64,000 nt of DNA, taken from positions 83,824,001-83,888,000 of the forward strand of contig OZ024746.1 in the NCBI GenBank assembly GCA_964016885.1, given 5' to 3'. This stretch comes from Eledone cirrhosa (Eukaryota). A program made the translations under genes and the position numbers. The first letter of the stretch is position 1; every line of letters begins with the position of its first letter. The notes below the pieces were generated by a model. That model saw only the letters and a program-made list of their open reading frames with translations, was not told where the DNA came from and did not search any database. This document shows positions 26,401-37,205 of this stretch, in pieces.

Positions 26401-29400
26401 TAAAAAACCACAAACTGTCTATACATTTAGTTAAATAGGATATGCTGTTAATTAGCATTTTTAAACTACTAAAAGCATGGATCTAAAATTTACCATCTCT
26501 ACCCACTACCCTTTTACTTTCTTTAAAATCTGGGATATTATATCTATGTAAGAACTCTTAAGTGCTTGACAAAACGCTTTCAATTTGTTTCATTACATTT
26601 CTCTTGGTTGTGAGTTGAAATCCTGCTAGAGTTTAATAGATACCAGTAATATACTAGAGTTGATTTAATCAACTTTATCTTTGCTTTGAAAGTTTAGCTT
26701 TGTACCTTTTTGAAGAACAGTGGATTAGAGCATCAAACAAAATACCTTGCAGTATTTAATTATGACCCTTTAGGTTAGCTTTGCTTTTCATCCTGAAAGT
26801 ACCTGTAATGCACTGGAGTCAATTTGATCAACTTTGCCCTCCCCCAAAATTGCTGGCCTTGTGCCTATAGTAGAAATCATTATTATTATTATGAATTAGC
26901 AATATCGGTAGAGCGTTGGACAACATGCTTTGCAACATAGAGTTATTGCTCTTTACGTTCCGAGTTCAAATCCTGCCGAAGTTAGCTTTGCCTTTCATCC
27001 TTATGGGGTCGATAAAATAAAGTACCACTGGGGTCGATTTAATCGACTTTCCCCCTTCTTGGCCTTGTGCCCAAATCAGAAATCATTATCATTATTGATG
27101 GGAGACCTGATAGAGTGGCAATAGGTAAAAACTACCTTGTGATATTTAGTTACATATCTTTATGTTCCACGTTCAAATCCTATCAGGATTGACCTGGTCT
27201 TGTTTCATTTGTGGGTTTGTAAAATAAAACCCAGTAAAGTCCACAGGGATAGCTATGTGATTAACATGTTCACTTTACAACCATATGGTTCTTTTCCTAC
27301 TGTGCAACAGTATGGGCAGTTATCTTTTATTATAGTGTCAAGTTGATTAATGTCTTTTTTTAATGATATTTGGCTAGACAGAAACTATGCAGGAGTCCAT
27401 TGTGTGTGTGTGCACCTGATGTTTTAGACATTTTTTTGTCTTGAAACTTGACAGTGTGGAGTTTATATAAAACACTCAACTTCCACATTATGAGTTGATT
27501 GCTCTTCTCTTTCATTTGTCCCCACATCTGTCACATGGTTGGGTCGTCAGTCACTAAACTAGCAACCCCATCAAGTTAGCATAGTGAGGAGGGTGATTTT
27601 TTGGGGGGATGTCCTTCATGAGGAAAAGCAAAACCTGTCAAAGGGTGGAAAAACTCATAAGAGTCAACAGCCATCCAAAAGTTTAATAGGAGAGGGGAAC
27701 TAGTAGAAAACCTGAAGATGAATCAGTTGCTAGGCGTCCTAACCTATGTTGGGCCATCGGCTTTTCCTGCTGGTTCTGTGCAAGCTACAAGCACTAAAAT
27801 GAAATTCAGGCACTTGAACTTTTTACTCTCTCTCTCTCTCTATATATATATGTATATATACATATGAAGAATAGAGACCAGTGGCAACAGCTGACTGCGA
27901 AAGTATCTAGAGTGGCACACCAACAACTGGCTACGCCAGTTGTGGGTACATGATTAATATATATGTGTGTATATATGTATATGCTGGTAAATAGTAGGTC
28001 AAACAAAAATACTGCCTGCTATAAAATAACTACTGGTATCAATTATATTGACTGAGCCGATCCCCAAATTAGCTGACTCTACCCTCTAAATTCATGGCAT
28101 CGGGTCCATGTTAGAAATTGATGGCCTTGTGCTTAAATCAGAAGCAGTTATATCATTATTATTATTTAATTTCTTTTTTAGGAAAGCCAGTACAATTCAA
28201 GTTAGAAATAAGAGTAAAAATGGGAATGAAGTAAGATAAAACAAAACAAAAGTTTACATGTTTACCATATATTTCATGATATTTCGGGGTTAAAACCCCT
28301 TTTTCAAAAAGCAAAAAGGACAGTAATTAGGGTGTGGTGTGGTGTGATGTGATGATGGTGGTGAGCTTGACTCCTTTGTGATCAGAAGAGTAGTGACGTG
28401 TGGACTGGCTTAGTTACAATTGCCAATCAGCTCCATGCAATTTACAACAGTTGTTAGAAGGCATTAATCTATTTATGAGAATTGCCTGTTTGACTCTTTA
28501 AGTTCCCGATGATTCGTTTGGTGGCTTCAATTGTGACTTTGATATTTGGGTGTAGAATATGTCTTATTAATTATTATTATAAGCATCATCAGAGTAGTGG
28601 ATTGGCAGAATCATCAGAGTGCTGGACAAAATGCCTCATGCCATTATTTCCGACTCTTGAAGTTCTGAGTTCAAATCTAACTCGGGTTAACTTTGCCTTT
28701 CATTCTTCTAGAGTCAATAAAATAAAATACCAGTGAAGCACTGGAGTTAATGAAATCGACATATTGCCCCTCCAAAAGTTGCTGACCTTGTGCCTATATT
28801 AGAAATTGTTGTTGTTGTTGTTGTTGTTATTGTTCAATTTCTGATAGTGATTGTGTTTAAAACCCTCCATTAGTGAATTAAGAAGCACATATGCATTCAT
28901 TGTGATTCCATGCTGTCTTTATTAACCAATCTGTTGCTGACTGTGTCGGTGTCTTCTTCAATGTTTTGACCAAGCATTAATACACAAGGTGAACTTCTAC
29001 TACCCCTCCCCCTCTTTTTTCTAACGGAAGTTTGATCTGAATATTTATGATCAAACTGCAAAATGATTCTGGATTGGTATTGGTTATTACCATTATTATT
29101 ATTATGATTATTATTTATATCATTTTGTTATAATTATTATGATTTTTAAAAAAGTATTCTGTTTTATTTTTTTTTCTGTTCATAAAACATTTGAAAACAA
29201 ATTTTTTGATTAATAAAGGACTTTAAAGATTAAAGTCTTTTATTATAGTAGTTGTAAACTCTGACTGCTTACATTCTCGGGTAAAGCTTTAGCCAAAATA
29301 GATTGTAGACGAGACAAAGCAACCCTGCATTTTTAACCATTATTACTATTAATAAATAAATAAATAATAATAATAATAACAATAACAATAATAATTGAAA

Positions 29401-30064
29401 CAAAAGGAAAGATATCTTCTATGTAAATATTTGAATAAATATTCCAACAATAGATTTTCATTTATTATTTCATTTGCATAACATTTAGATTTGGTGTGTG
29501 ACATTGTTAATACTTATAACCCCAAAGCAATATTTTGTAATAAAATTTTAGAAGTTCTATAAATTTATGATTTAGTATTTTCTAGAAATCATTTTTTTTT
29601 TAAATACAACTTCTCTTCATTATTTTACTTTTTAAATTCCTAATGTTTCAATAATCTGTCTTGGATGATCCAAGCAATCAACTAATTGGTGTAATCAAGC
29701 ATGAGCACTCCACACCATGGGTATCTATAAGGTAATACACATATGATATCAGATGAACTATCCATATTAAGAAAGAAGCAGAGTTGGTTTTCTATATTCA
29801 ACTTAAGTTTATTGTCTTACATCTCACCTGTTATGTATATTTTAAAGGCATTAAAAATGGCCTTATTTAATAGTTATTTAATGCATTGTTGTCAGATAGG
29901 TGCTGAAAATGTAAACAATGCTTTATTTTTAGTTTTTGTTATACCTGCTGTCAGAGGGATGTTGTTCATTTGGATTACAGCAGGCATATGCTTACTGTAG
30001 CCCAAATGAACAATATCCTTTCAAAAGCAGGTATACCAAAAAACAAAACATTGTTTATATTTTC

Positions 30065-30140
30065 AGCACGTCTGATGAAAATGCATTAAATAGCTATTAC
30101 ATAAGGACATTTTAATGCCTTTGAAATGTACATATGAGAT
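30065..30140 (+). ncRNA. Degenerate hammerhead ribozyme motif
   Basis: CTGATGA (30072), stem II AAATGCATTAAA/TTTAATGCCTTT (11/12 bp), GAAA, palindromic TGTACA, TA; stem I does not pair. Confidence 0.45.
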
Positions 30141-31164
30141 ATGATGTAAAACAGTAAATTGAAGTTGAATATACCGTCTCTGTTCTTCATTCTTATATAT
30201 ATATATATATATATACGCAGTAGATTTAGTAGAGAGTATATATGCCTATTTTAATCTAACTTTGAACATAATATTAATTCATATTCATATTTTTCTCCTT
30301 GGTCATCACTTCCCTTCTGATTGCACTGTTAGTCATGCTTACTTTGAAAGAAAGGAGACTGTGGAATAGAGAAGACTGTTTAGGCTTGCAGGGAACAAAG
30401 TATCCTCTATGGTTTTGATACAATCATAAAATGCACTACACTGTAAAATGGTTGGTGTTCGGCAAGACATTCAGCCATAGAATAACCCATTTAGGATGGA
30501 GGTAACTCTGAATTAGCACTAACTTAAATTATAACAACCCATCCAAACCATGCCAGCATGAAAATTGTGCATGTATATATATACATGTATATATGTATGT
30601 GTATATATATATATATATATATAATCAAGGTCTAGCAAATAGAGAAAAAGTTTTAAAAAAATTTGCTGTACTTACTATATGTGCCTTTACTGCGGTTTCA
30701 TGCTTCAGAATAAATGGAAAATCCAAGCGGATTTCCATTGAGAAGGGAATATTCCCTCGGAGAATATAAAATTCCCGAGTTCAAATCACAAACTGACGCC
30801 ATACAAAACCATTCCCAAATGAGAGCAGATGATGAAAGAAATAATTCTGTGTGGTGCCGTGTGCAAAGACAAAAGACATACATACACACACACACATATG
30901 TGTGTATATATATATATATGTGTGTGTGTATGTATATATAAATTAGACAATGAGTTACATGAATATATTCACAGTACAAGAAGATAAGCATTTACTGCAT
31001 AACATTTACATGTGTTTCATTAATATGTGATAGTATTGCATCTAGAAAGTGCTAATGCCAATATTATATTGGGATAAATAAATAAGTATATATTTATACA
31101 TATATAATTACAACAGTGACATAAACAGATACTTTAAGTTTCGTTGGGTTCTGGACCCCAACTC

Positions 31165-31880
31165 ATTCAGCCTTTAACTTAGACCTACAGACAAGCACAT
31201 ATAGACCATTCGACAAACCCAGTGAGAAACTTCGGTACATCCATAAGGACTCTAGCCACTCCCTATAGTTTTTAGAAACCTCATTAATAAGAGGGTTTCC
31301 AACCTCTCCTCTAACAAAGCCATCTTTGATAGGGCAGCACCCTACTATAATTCAGCACTGAGTAACAGGGGCTTCTCCCAAAAAATCACGTACTCTCCTT
31401 ACATCTAATAAGAAAAAACCTAGACATAAAAATGTCATATAGTTCACACCACCTTTCTCACTTTGTGAAAACAAATCTAGGTAAAAAATTCCTAGCTCTC
31501 ATAAATCTCCATTTCCCTGTTGGCCATAAATACTGAAATATATTTAATTGCCATACAGTAAAAATAGGATACTTTTGACTAACAATATTAAATCCTATAT
31601 CACTGGCAAATGCAGAAACCCTCCACCATATAAGATGCTGTTGTAGAAAACCTGAAGCATGCCCACTAGACCAACAGTGTAACACTCTGGTGGTGATATA
31701 CCAAGCAGAGGTTATGTCCACCAACCAGAACCACAGAACTGAAGCCTGGACCTATGTGGGTATGTCCAAGAGCCAGTTTTAATACCGGTACCTGAATCAC
31801 AAAACAACATTCAGATATCCTGACAAAAAACATGCCAACCAGCTCGCAATTCCTTTATGGAGCCTTAAGTGAGACAATCC
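31165..31880 (+). mobile_element. Penelope-like retroelement relic (RT thumb plus GIY-YIG endonuclease), disrupted
   Basis: Translates across stops and frameshifts to LDLQTSTYRPFDKP..YIHKDSSH..FDRAAPYYNSAL..FTPPFS..KTNLGKKFLALINLHFP..CCCRKPEACPLDQQC..VIYQAEV..YVGMS..RYLNHKTTF..LWSLK. Confidence 0.88.
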
Positions 31881-32042
31881 CATCTAACCCATGCTAGCGT
31901 GGGAGATGGACATTAAACTATGATGATGAGGATATATATGTATATACAAGGCCACTAGAGTGAAAAGCATAAAAACTACGAAAGATATGAGAAAATACAA
32001 TAAAATTAAAGAAATTAAAATGCATAAACCTACCTTAATAAG

Positions 32043-32122
32043 ACACTTGTACAGACTCAGAGAGAATGTTTCACCATAAATAGTGTAAGAATCATATTGA
32101 CTCAGGGTTCTTCAGCAGGTGT
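32043..32122 (-). ncRNA. Putative minimal type I hammerhead ribozyme (Penelope-associated)
   Basis: Minus strand: ACACCTG-CTGAAGA-ACC(...GAGTC aatat GATTC...)GGT-GAAA-CA(loop)TG-TA^CAAGTGT; intact core, stem I 6/7 bp, 3-bp closing of stem II, 2-bp stem III. Confidence 0.55.
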
Positions 32123-32254
32123 AAAGAAGAGATGTCCCACACTTCTAGCAGGATGGCTGGAACAGGTAAAAGAGTAAAAGAATATATATATATACATATA
32201 TTTGTATATATGTATATATATATATATATTTAAACTCTAAAGTGTTATAAGCCA

Positions 32255-32505
32255 GAAGGCTCATTTGGCTGGTACTTATCCCAGTTTCATGGCGTGAGTA
32301 CAAAACTCCCCCCTGGACATGACGCCAGTCCATCGCAGGGTTAAACTCCCACCTATTGCTGGTACTTATTTTCAGCTGAGTATACTGGAGCAATGTAAAA
32401 TGAAATGTTTTGCTCAAGAACACAACACGCAACCCAGGAATCGAGCCCACAACATTATGATTGTAAGTTCAGCACCCTTACCACTAGGCCACGTGCCTCC
32501 ACATG
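32255..32505 (-). mobile_element. Second tRNA-derived SINE family (gtgttcttgagcaa core, cctgcgatggactggcg tail)
   Basis: Head ggaggcacgtggcctagtggtaaggg..gggctcgattcc; other copies at 4800-4946 (-), 8650-8800 (+), 58095-58300 (+). Confidence 0.8.
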
Positions 32506-33017
32506 CATAAACCGGGGGTTACCTCCCTTCGGGAAAACCATGTGCCTTCTAACAGTGCTTACTGGTAGCATTCACACCCGGACGGACGAGAACGAAAAAC
32601 TTGTTGACGAAGTAAATTCCTTGTTCTATCTTCCAAAAACCATTAACTTGCAGACCCCTGCAAGTGGATTTTGTCGATTTTGGATTTACAGAAACCTAGC
32701 GGAGATATTATATATTATATGTGATGTATATTATATGGTATATATCATGTGTTGTGTATGATGTTGATGCGATGGTCCAGGTTACTCAAAAATTTTATCC
32801 TGAGTTCAGTTTTTTTCGTCGCTATGGTCACTGCGGCCCGTCTATCGGTCGCTGTCTTCAATTTGCAAAGCTGTCTAAACGTAATGTTATAACTCTAGGG
32901 TAATATACCCTATTGAGTGCTTAGCTGCACACCGAGATTGCATTTGTTAGCTTGGCTGCAACCAGAGCTTCGATAATGCTGTACTAAATTTTGTATATAA
33001 ATATATATATACATATA

Positions 33018-33910
33018 TCAAAAAGTCCTCTTGTGAACGTGACCTGGGCATTACTGTCAGCAACGATTTGCGTTGGACAAAGCATGTCTCTAAGATTGTC
33101 AAGAAGGCCGAGGGTGTCTTGGCATCACTCAGCAAGACCTTTGTTAGCCGCTCTCCAGCCATCTATTTAAAACTGTATACAGCTATGGTGCGACCACACT
33201 TGGAATTCGCATCATCAGTCTGGAACCCCTATCTTGCTCGGAACATTGACCTCCTGGAAACTGTTCAGAGACATGCAACCAAGCGCATACCCTCCATCAG
33301 ACACCTACCATACTCTGAACGCCTTGCTTCCCTGGGCATGGATTCATTGAAGCTCCGACGTCTGGCAATGGACTTGGTGAATACCCACAAAGTTTTTAAC
33401 CATCTCGCCAACTGCAACCCTGAGCGCCTCTTTGATCTCCATGTGTCTAACACACGTGGACATGCCTACAAGATAAGAAAACAGCACAGCTCCCATGACT
33501 TTCGCAGACATTTTTTCACGCTCAGAGTTGCTGAAGCATGGAACAAACTGCCTGCGTCAATTGTTAGCTGCCGAGACACTGCATCCTTTAAGACACTCAT
33601 GCTTCCCAAAATACGCCAAAACTACACCTGATGTACCCCTTCCATACACATGCACACGTGTGTATCATGACTCGTGCACTGTTCATTTTACTGATGTTTG
33701 TGCATTGCCCTATGTACTGTACATGCACTTTTTTGATGAGTTGTGGTGCACCTGGGCACTATGCACAATATTTCGTTATTGTTATTATATCATGACTCAT
33801 ACTGTTTATTTTCCTGACATTTGTACACTATTCTATGTACTATACATGCACCTTTGATGAGTTGTAGTGCACCTGAGCACTGTACACAATAATTTCATTA
33901 TTATTATTAT
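33018..33910 (+). mobile_element. CR1-group LINE 3' fragment (RT C-terminus plus 3'UTR with (ATT)n tail)
   Basis: ERDLGITVSNDLRW..LYTAMVRPHLEFASSVWNPY..LETVQRHATK..YSERLASLG..TRGH..FFTLRVAEAWNKLP; open 187-aa frame; CpG retained. Confidence 0.92.
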
Positions 33911-33974
33911 ATCATACACAAAACACCAGCATCAACAGTTTTCCAAGAGATGGCAACATGAATGGGCCTGTTAT

Positions 33975-34158
33975 TTTTATCTAAAGTCATTTTTTCCAAT
34001 TCCTGTGTTGGCTGGCCATCGGTGTAAAAGAGAGTTCGTTGCTGCTGCGGGCTGATCCGGGATTCTGGATAGCAGGGTGTCCAGATGTTTCTTGAAAACA
34101 TCCACATCTACACCATGCAGATCTCTCAAATTTCTTGGCAGCTTGTTGAAGAGTATTT
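33975..34158 (-). mobile_element. 3' end of a second LINE, tail-to-tail with the CR1 fragment
   Basis: LFNKLPRNLRDLHGVDVDVFKKHLDTLLSRIPDQP..AAATNSL, typical CR1/L2-supergroup ORF2 C-terminus. Confidence 0.75.
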
Positions 34159-35139
34159 GTATATACATACATATATACACACATATACACACACACCCAT
34201 ACATATATATATATATAAAGTGGCTTGATCAAAATGAAGCTGAAACGTAACCAAAAATTCCAGTTATCAATAATAAGAATAATAGATGTAATAATATAAG
34301 GAAACACTTAAGATGGTTTTATTCTATAAAAATGGAAAGATACACATAAGAAAATATAAATGGATATCATTGTTCCGAGAGTTGAGATGAGAAAAATATA
34401 TAAAAAGAATGTATTGCATTTTGAAATGGGAGCTTTCCAATTTTTAAGAATAACGAGTCAATTGAGGCAAGCAGTAACACAGTCACTGAGAATATCTCAT
34501 TGTATATCAAGAGATTATTATTATTATTATTATTATATTCTCATCATCATAAAAATAGTTTTTATTGCCGAAGACAGAATTCTTGTGTAGTAAAAAAAAT
34601 ATAAAAAGGAGACATCAGATATATCAGGATTTTATGACATCACAATCACCACTTTCAAAGAGAATGTCTCTAATAGCAAAAGGATCACAGACTTGATGTT
34701 TAGTTATATGCACACATACATGCATAGCATCATCATCACCATTTTACTTCCGTTCTTTCACGCTAGCATGAGTTAGACAGGTTGTCCTGTTGTGGGCAGT
34801 GTCTGGTCGTCTGACTTTGTCTTGCTCATACGGGAACTGATTCTGGCTTGATTTCTACAGCTGGATGCCTTTCCTAACACCAACCTCATTTACAGTGAGT
34901 GCTGGGTGCTTTTTTTCCGTGGCGCCTACACGTCCACTTTACAGTGTGGGCTGGGTGCTTTTTTTTTGCTGTGGCACCTCCACGACCACTTTGCAGTGGA
35001 ATGATAGGGACCTCAGTCCTATCATCTCACTTTTGCTGGGGCAATATGAAATAAAGTGTCTTGCTCAAGGAAACAACACAAGTGTATATAAATATATATA
35101 TACACACTAAGATATAGACATGTTAGAAACATTAACATT

Positions 35140-35500
35140 TATTATCATTTTTATGTCTGTTTTCCCCACACTTGCATGGGTTGGACGGGTACTTTTCAGC
35201 ACAACACCTCTCACCTTGTCGTGTTCATTTATCATCTCCTCAGCAAGTCTCAGCTCTCACTACCTCTACTGCAGCTTCCTTCCACTGGGATTTCCTGGCA
35301 CTTCTTCACTCAGCAATCATCATCCATGCACATACCAACTCAGTCTTCTCACTTGCACACCATTTCAGATTCCTCTTAAACCCAGTTTCTCTCTCAATTC
35401 ATCCAAGCTCTGCTCTCCTTTCACATTTACATTGCACATCCAACGAAGCATGGTTGCTTTGTTTCTCTCCAGCCTACACATCCTCTGCAGTTATAAAGTC
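35140..35500 (-). mobile_element. RTE-clade LINE 3' end
   Basis: RLEKNKATMLRWMCNV..ELRE followed by the ccgtccaacccatgcaag..gacataaaaatgat tail. Confidence 0.75.
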
Positions 35501-36916
35501 TGCTAAATTTTAGCTGTTAAACTGCTTTTTTTTCTGTTAATACCCCCCCCCCCCCCAAAAAAAAAGTAACTTCAAAATAGCTACAAACATTACATACACA
35601 TTTGTGTGAGTGTGTGTATATATATATATATATATATTAATTAGTAGTAGCCCTATTTTATGAACATATTTTACCTCAATGCCAAATGAGTAAATGTCAC
35701 TAAAGATGGATAAAGATCTTGAAATACAAGTATTTGGCATTCGTACATAGTTACTGAAGTAGCCGAGATATGACCACACCTTAAAATACCCACAACAACA
35801 TTTATGTATGTTTATTATACATGTGTATATACTTCCATATACATTACATAACCATGACATACCTAAAAAGTTCACCTTGCAATCAAGTATCTTGGGTAAT
35901 CAATCTCATCATGTGAGACCTTGAACAAGTGTCACCTCTCATAGTCGATTAATCCAAACCTGGGGATAGTGTATAAGACTATCAGATGGACAGTACTTGT
36001 TCATAGATTTATTTTATCACTGTTTAACACCACAATCTGGTATCTTAAAGCATGATTAGCAAAGTCCACTTTGTTGCAAGAATTTGAACCATGTCGTTGA
36101 TGATAAATCAATATTTTTTTGGAAACCATTTCTGGTTTCTTTTTGCCTTTCCCTTCTTTCAACTTACAAGAAAATTTTTTTTTTAAATGGCCATATTGCA
36201 AATGAGGGTAGCAAATTGGCAGAACCTGTAAAGTGTCAGTCAAAATGTCATGTGTTTTTATGTTCTGAGTTCAAAGCCCACTGAGTTTAACGTTGACCAA
36301 ATAAAATACTAAATAAATAATGGAAGATTGATTTAAAAGTAAAAGCAAGTGTTTATATAGACAGCTAAATAAGTCATTATGGGTAATACTGTGTAACAAA
36401 ATTGGAATGGTCATGTTGGAACTCATTTGTAACCAGCTTCCTTTTTTCCAGATAGTTATCCTTTTTAATGGGGTGGGTGTTTTGGAGAGAAAGTGTGACT
36501 GATAGCAAGTATTCAGCCTCTGGTTTAAATATTCCTTCCTACCTCCCTCTGATCTTTGAGATCTTAAAAATAATCATACAACACTATTGTTTTAAATAAG
36601 CAAAGACAAAGACACAACAGTTGAAAAAAATTAAAAAAAGCTGAGATGATCATAGATAGATTTGCTGAAACAGAGCTGACCCGAAACTAAAGAAGCCAAA
36701 TGACTTAAAAACTGTTTTGATAACTGAAACTGAATTGTGAACTATTCACCAAAACCTAAACATAATTTATCACCAGAACAAGTGCATTTTATTGTGGTAC
36801 CAAACACTACCATTTTACAGTTGTGTTGATGTCACAATAAAAATGCACTTAGTCCACTCTGTAAAAAGGTAGTGTAGGTGTCTCAATAAAATGCACCCAG
36901 TCCACTCTGTAAAGCG

Positions 36917-37205
36917 GTAGTGCTGGTGCCATGATAAAAAGCACCTAGACCAACCACCTTGACAAGTGGTAGTGGCAGTGCTGCAAAATGTACCTGGTAC
37001 ATGCCGTGAAGAGGTAGTGCTGGTGCCATGATAAAAAGCACCTAGACCAACCACCTTGACAAGTGGTAGTGGCAGTGCTGCAAAATGTACCTGGTACATG
37101 CCGTGAAGAGGTAGTGCTGGTGCCATGATAAAAAGCACCCAGACCAACCACCTTGACAAGTGGTAGTGGCAGTGCTGCAAAATGTACCTGGTACATGCCG
37201 TGAAG
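36917..37205. repeat. 97-bp higher-order tandem repeat x3
   Basis: Starts at 36917, 37014 and 37111; near-identical; each unit is a dimer of ~48-bp subunits. Confidence 0.93.

Larger units (their letters stand above)
9956..29460 (+). other. Putative very long 3'UTR of the FBXL gene (end uncertain; several alternative polyA sites possible)
   Basis: No coding exon found; T-rich + strand by eye; sparse TEs over ~14-21.5 kb; AATAAA near 14159, 16555, 21114, 29212 and 29435, the last followed by U/GU-rich sequence. Confidence 0.4.

Noticed and set aside
28275-28312. Minus-strand TTGAAAA-AGGGG..CCCC-GAAA (similar relics near 6045 and 45400-45427)
   Set aside because: Core too mutated to call a ribozyme; at most Penelope terminal-repeat debris
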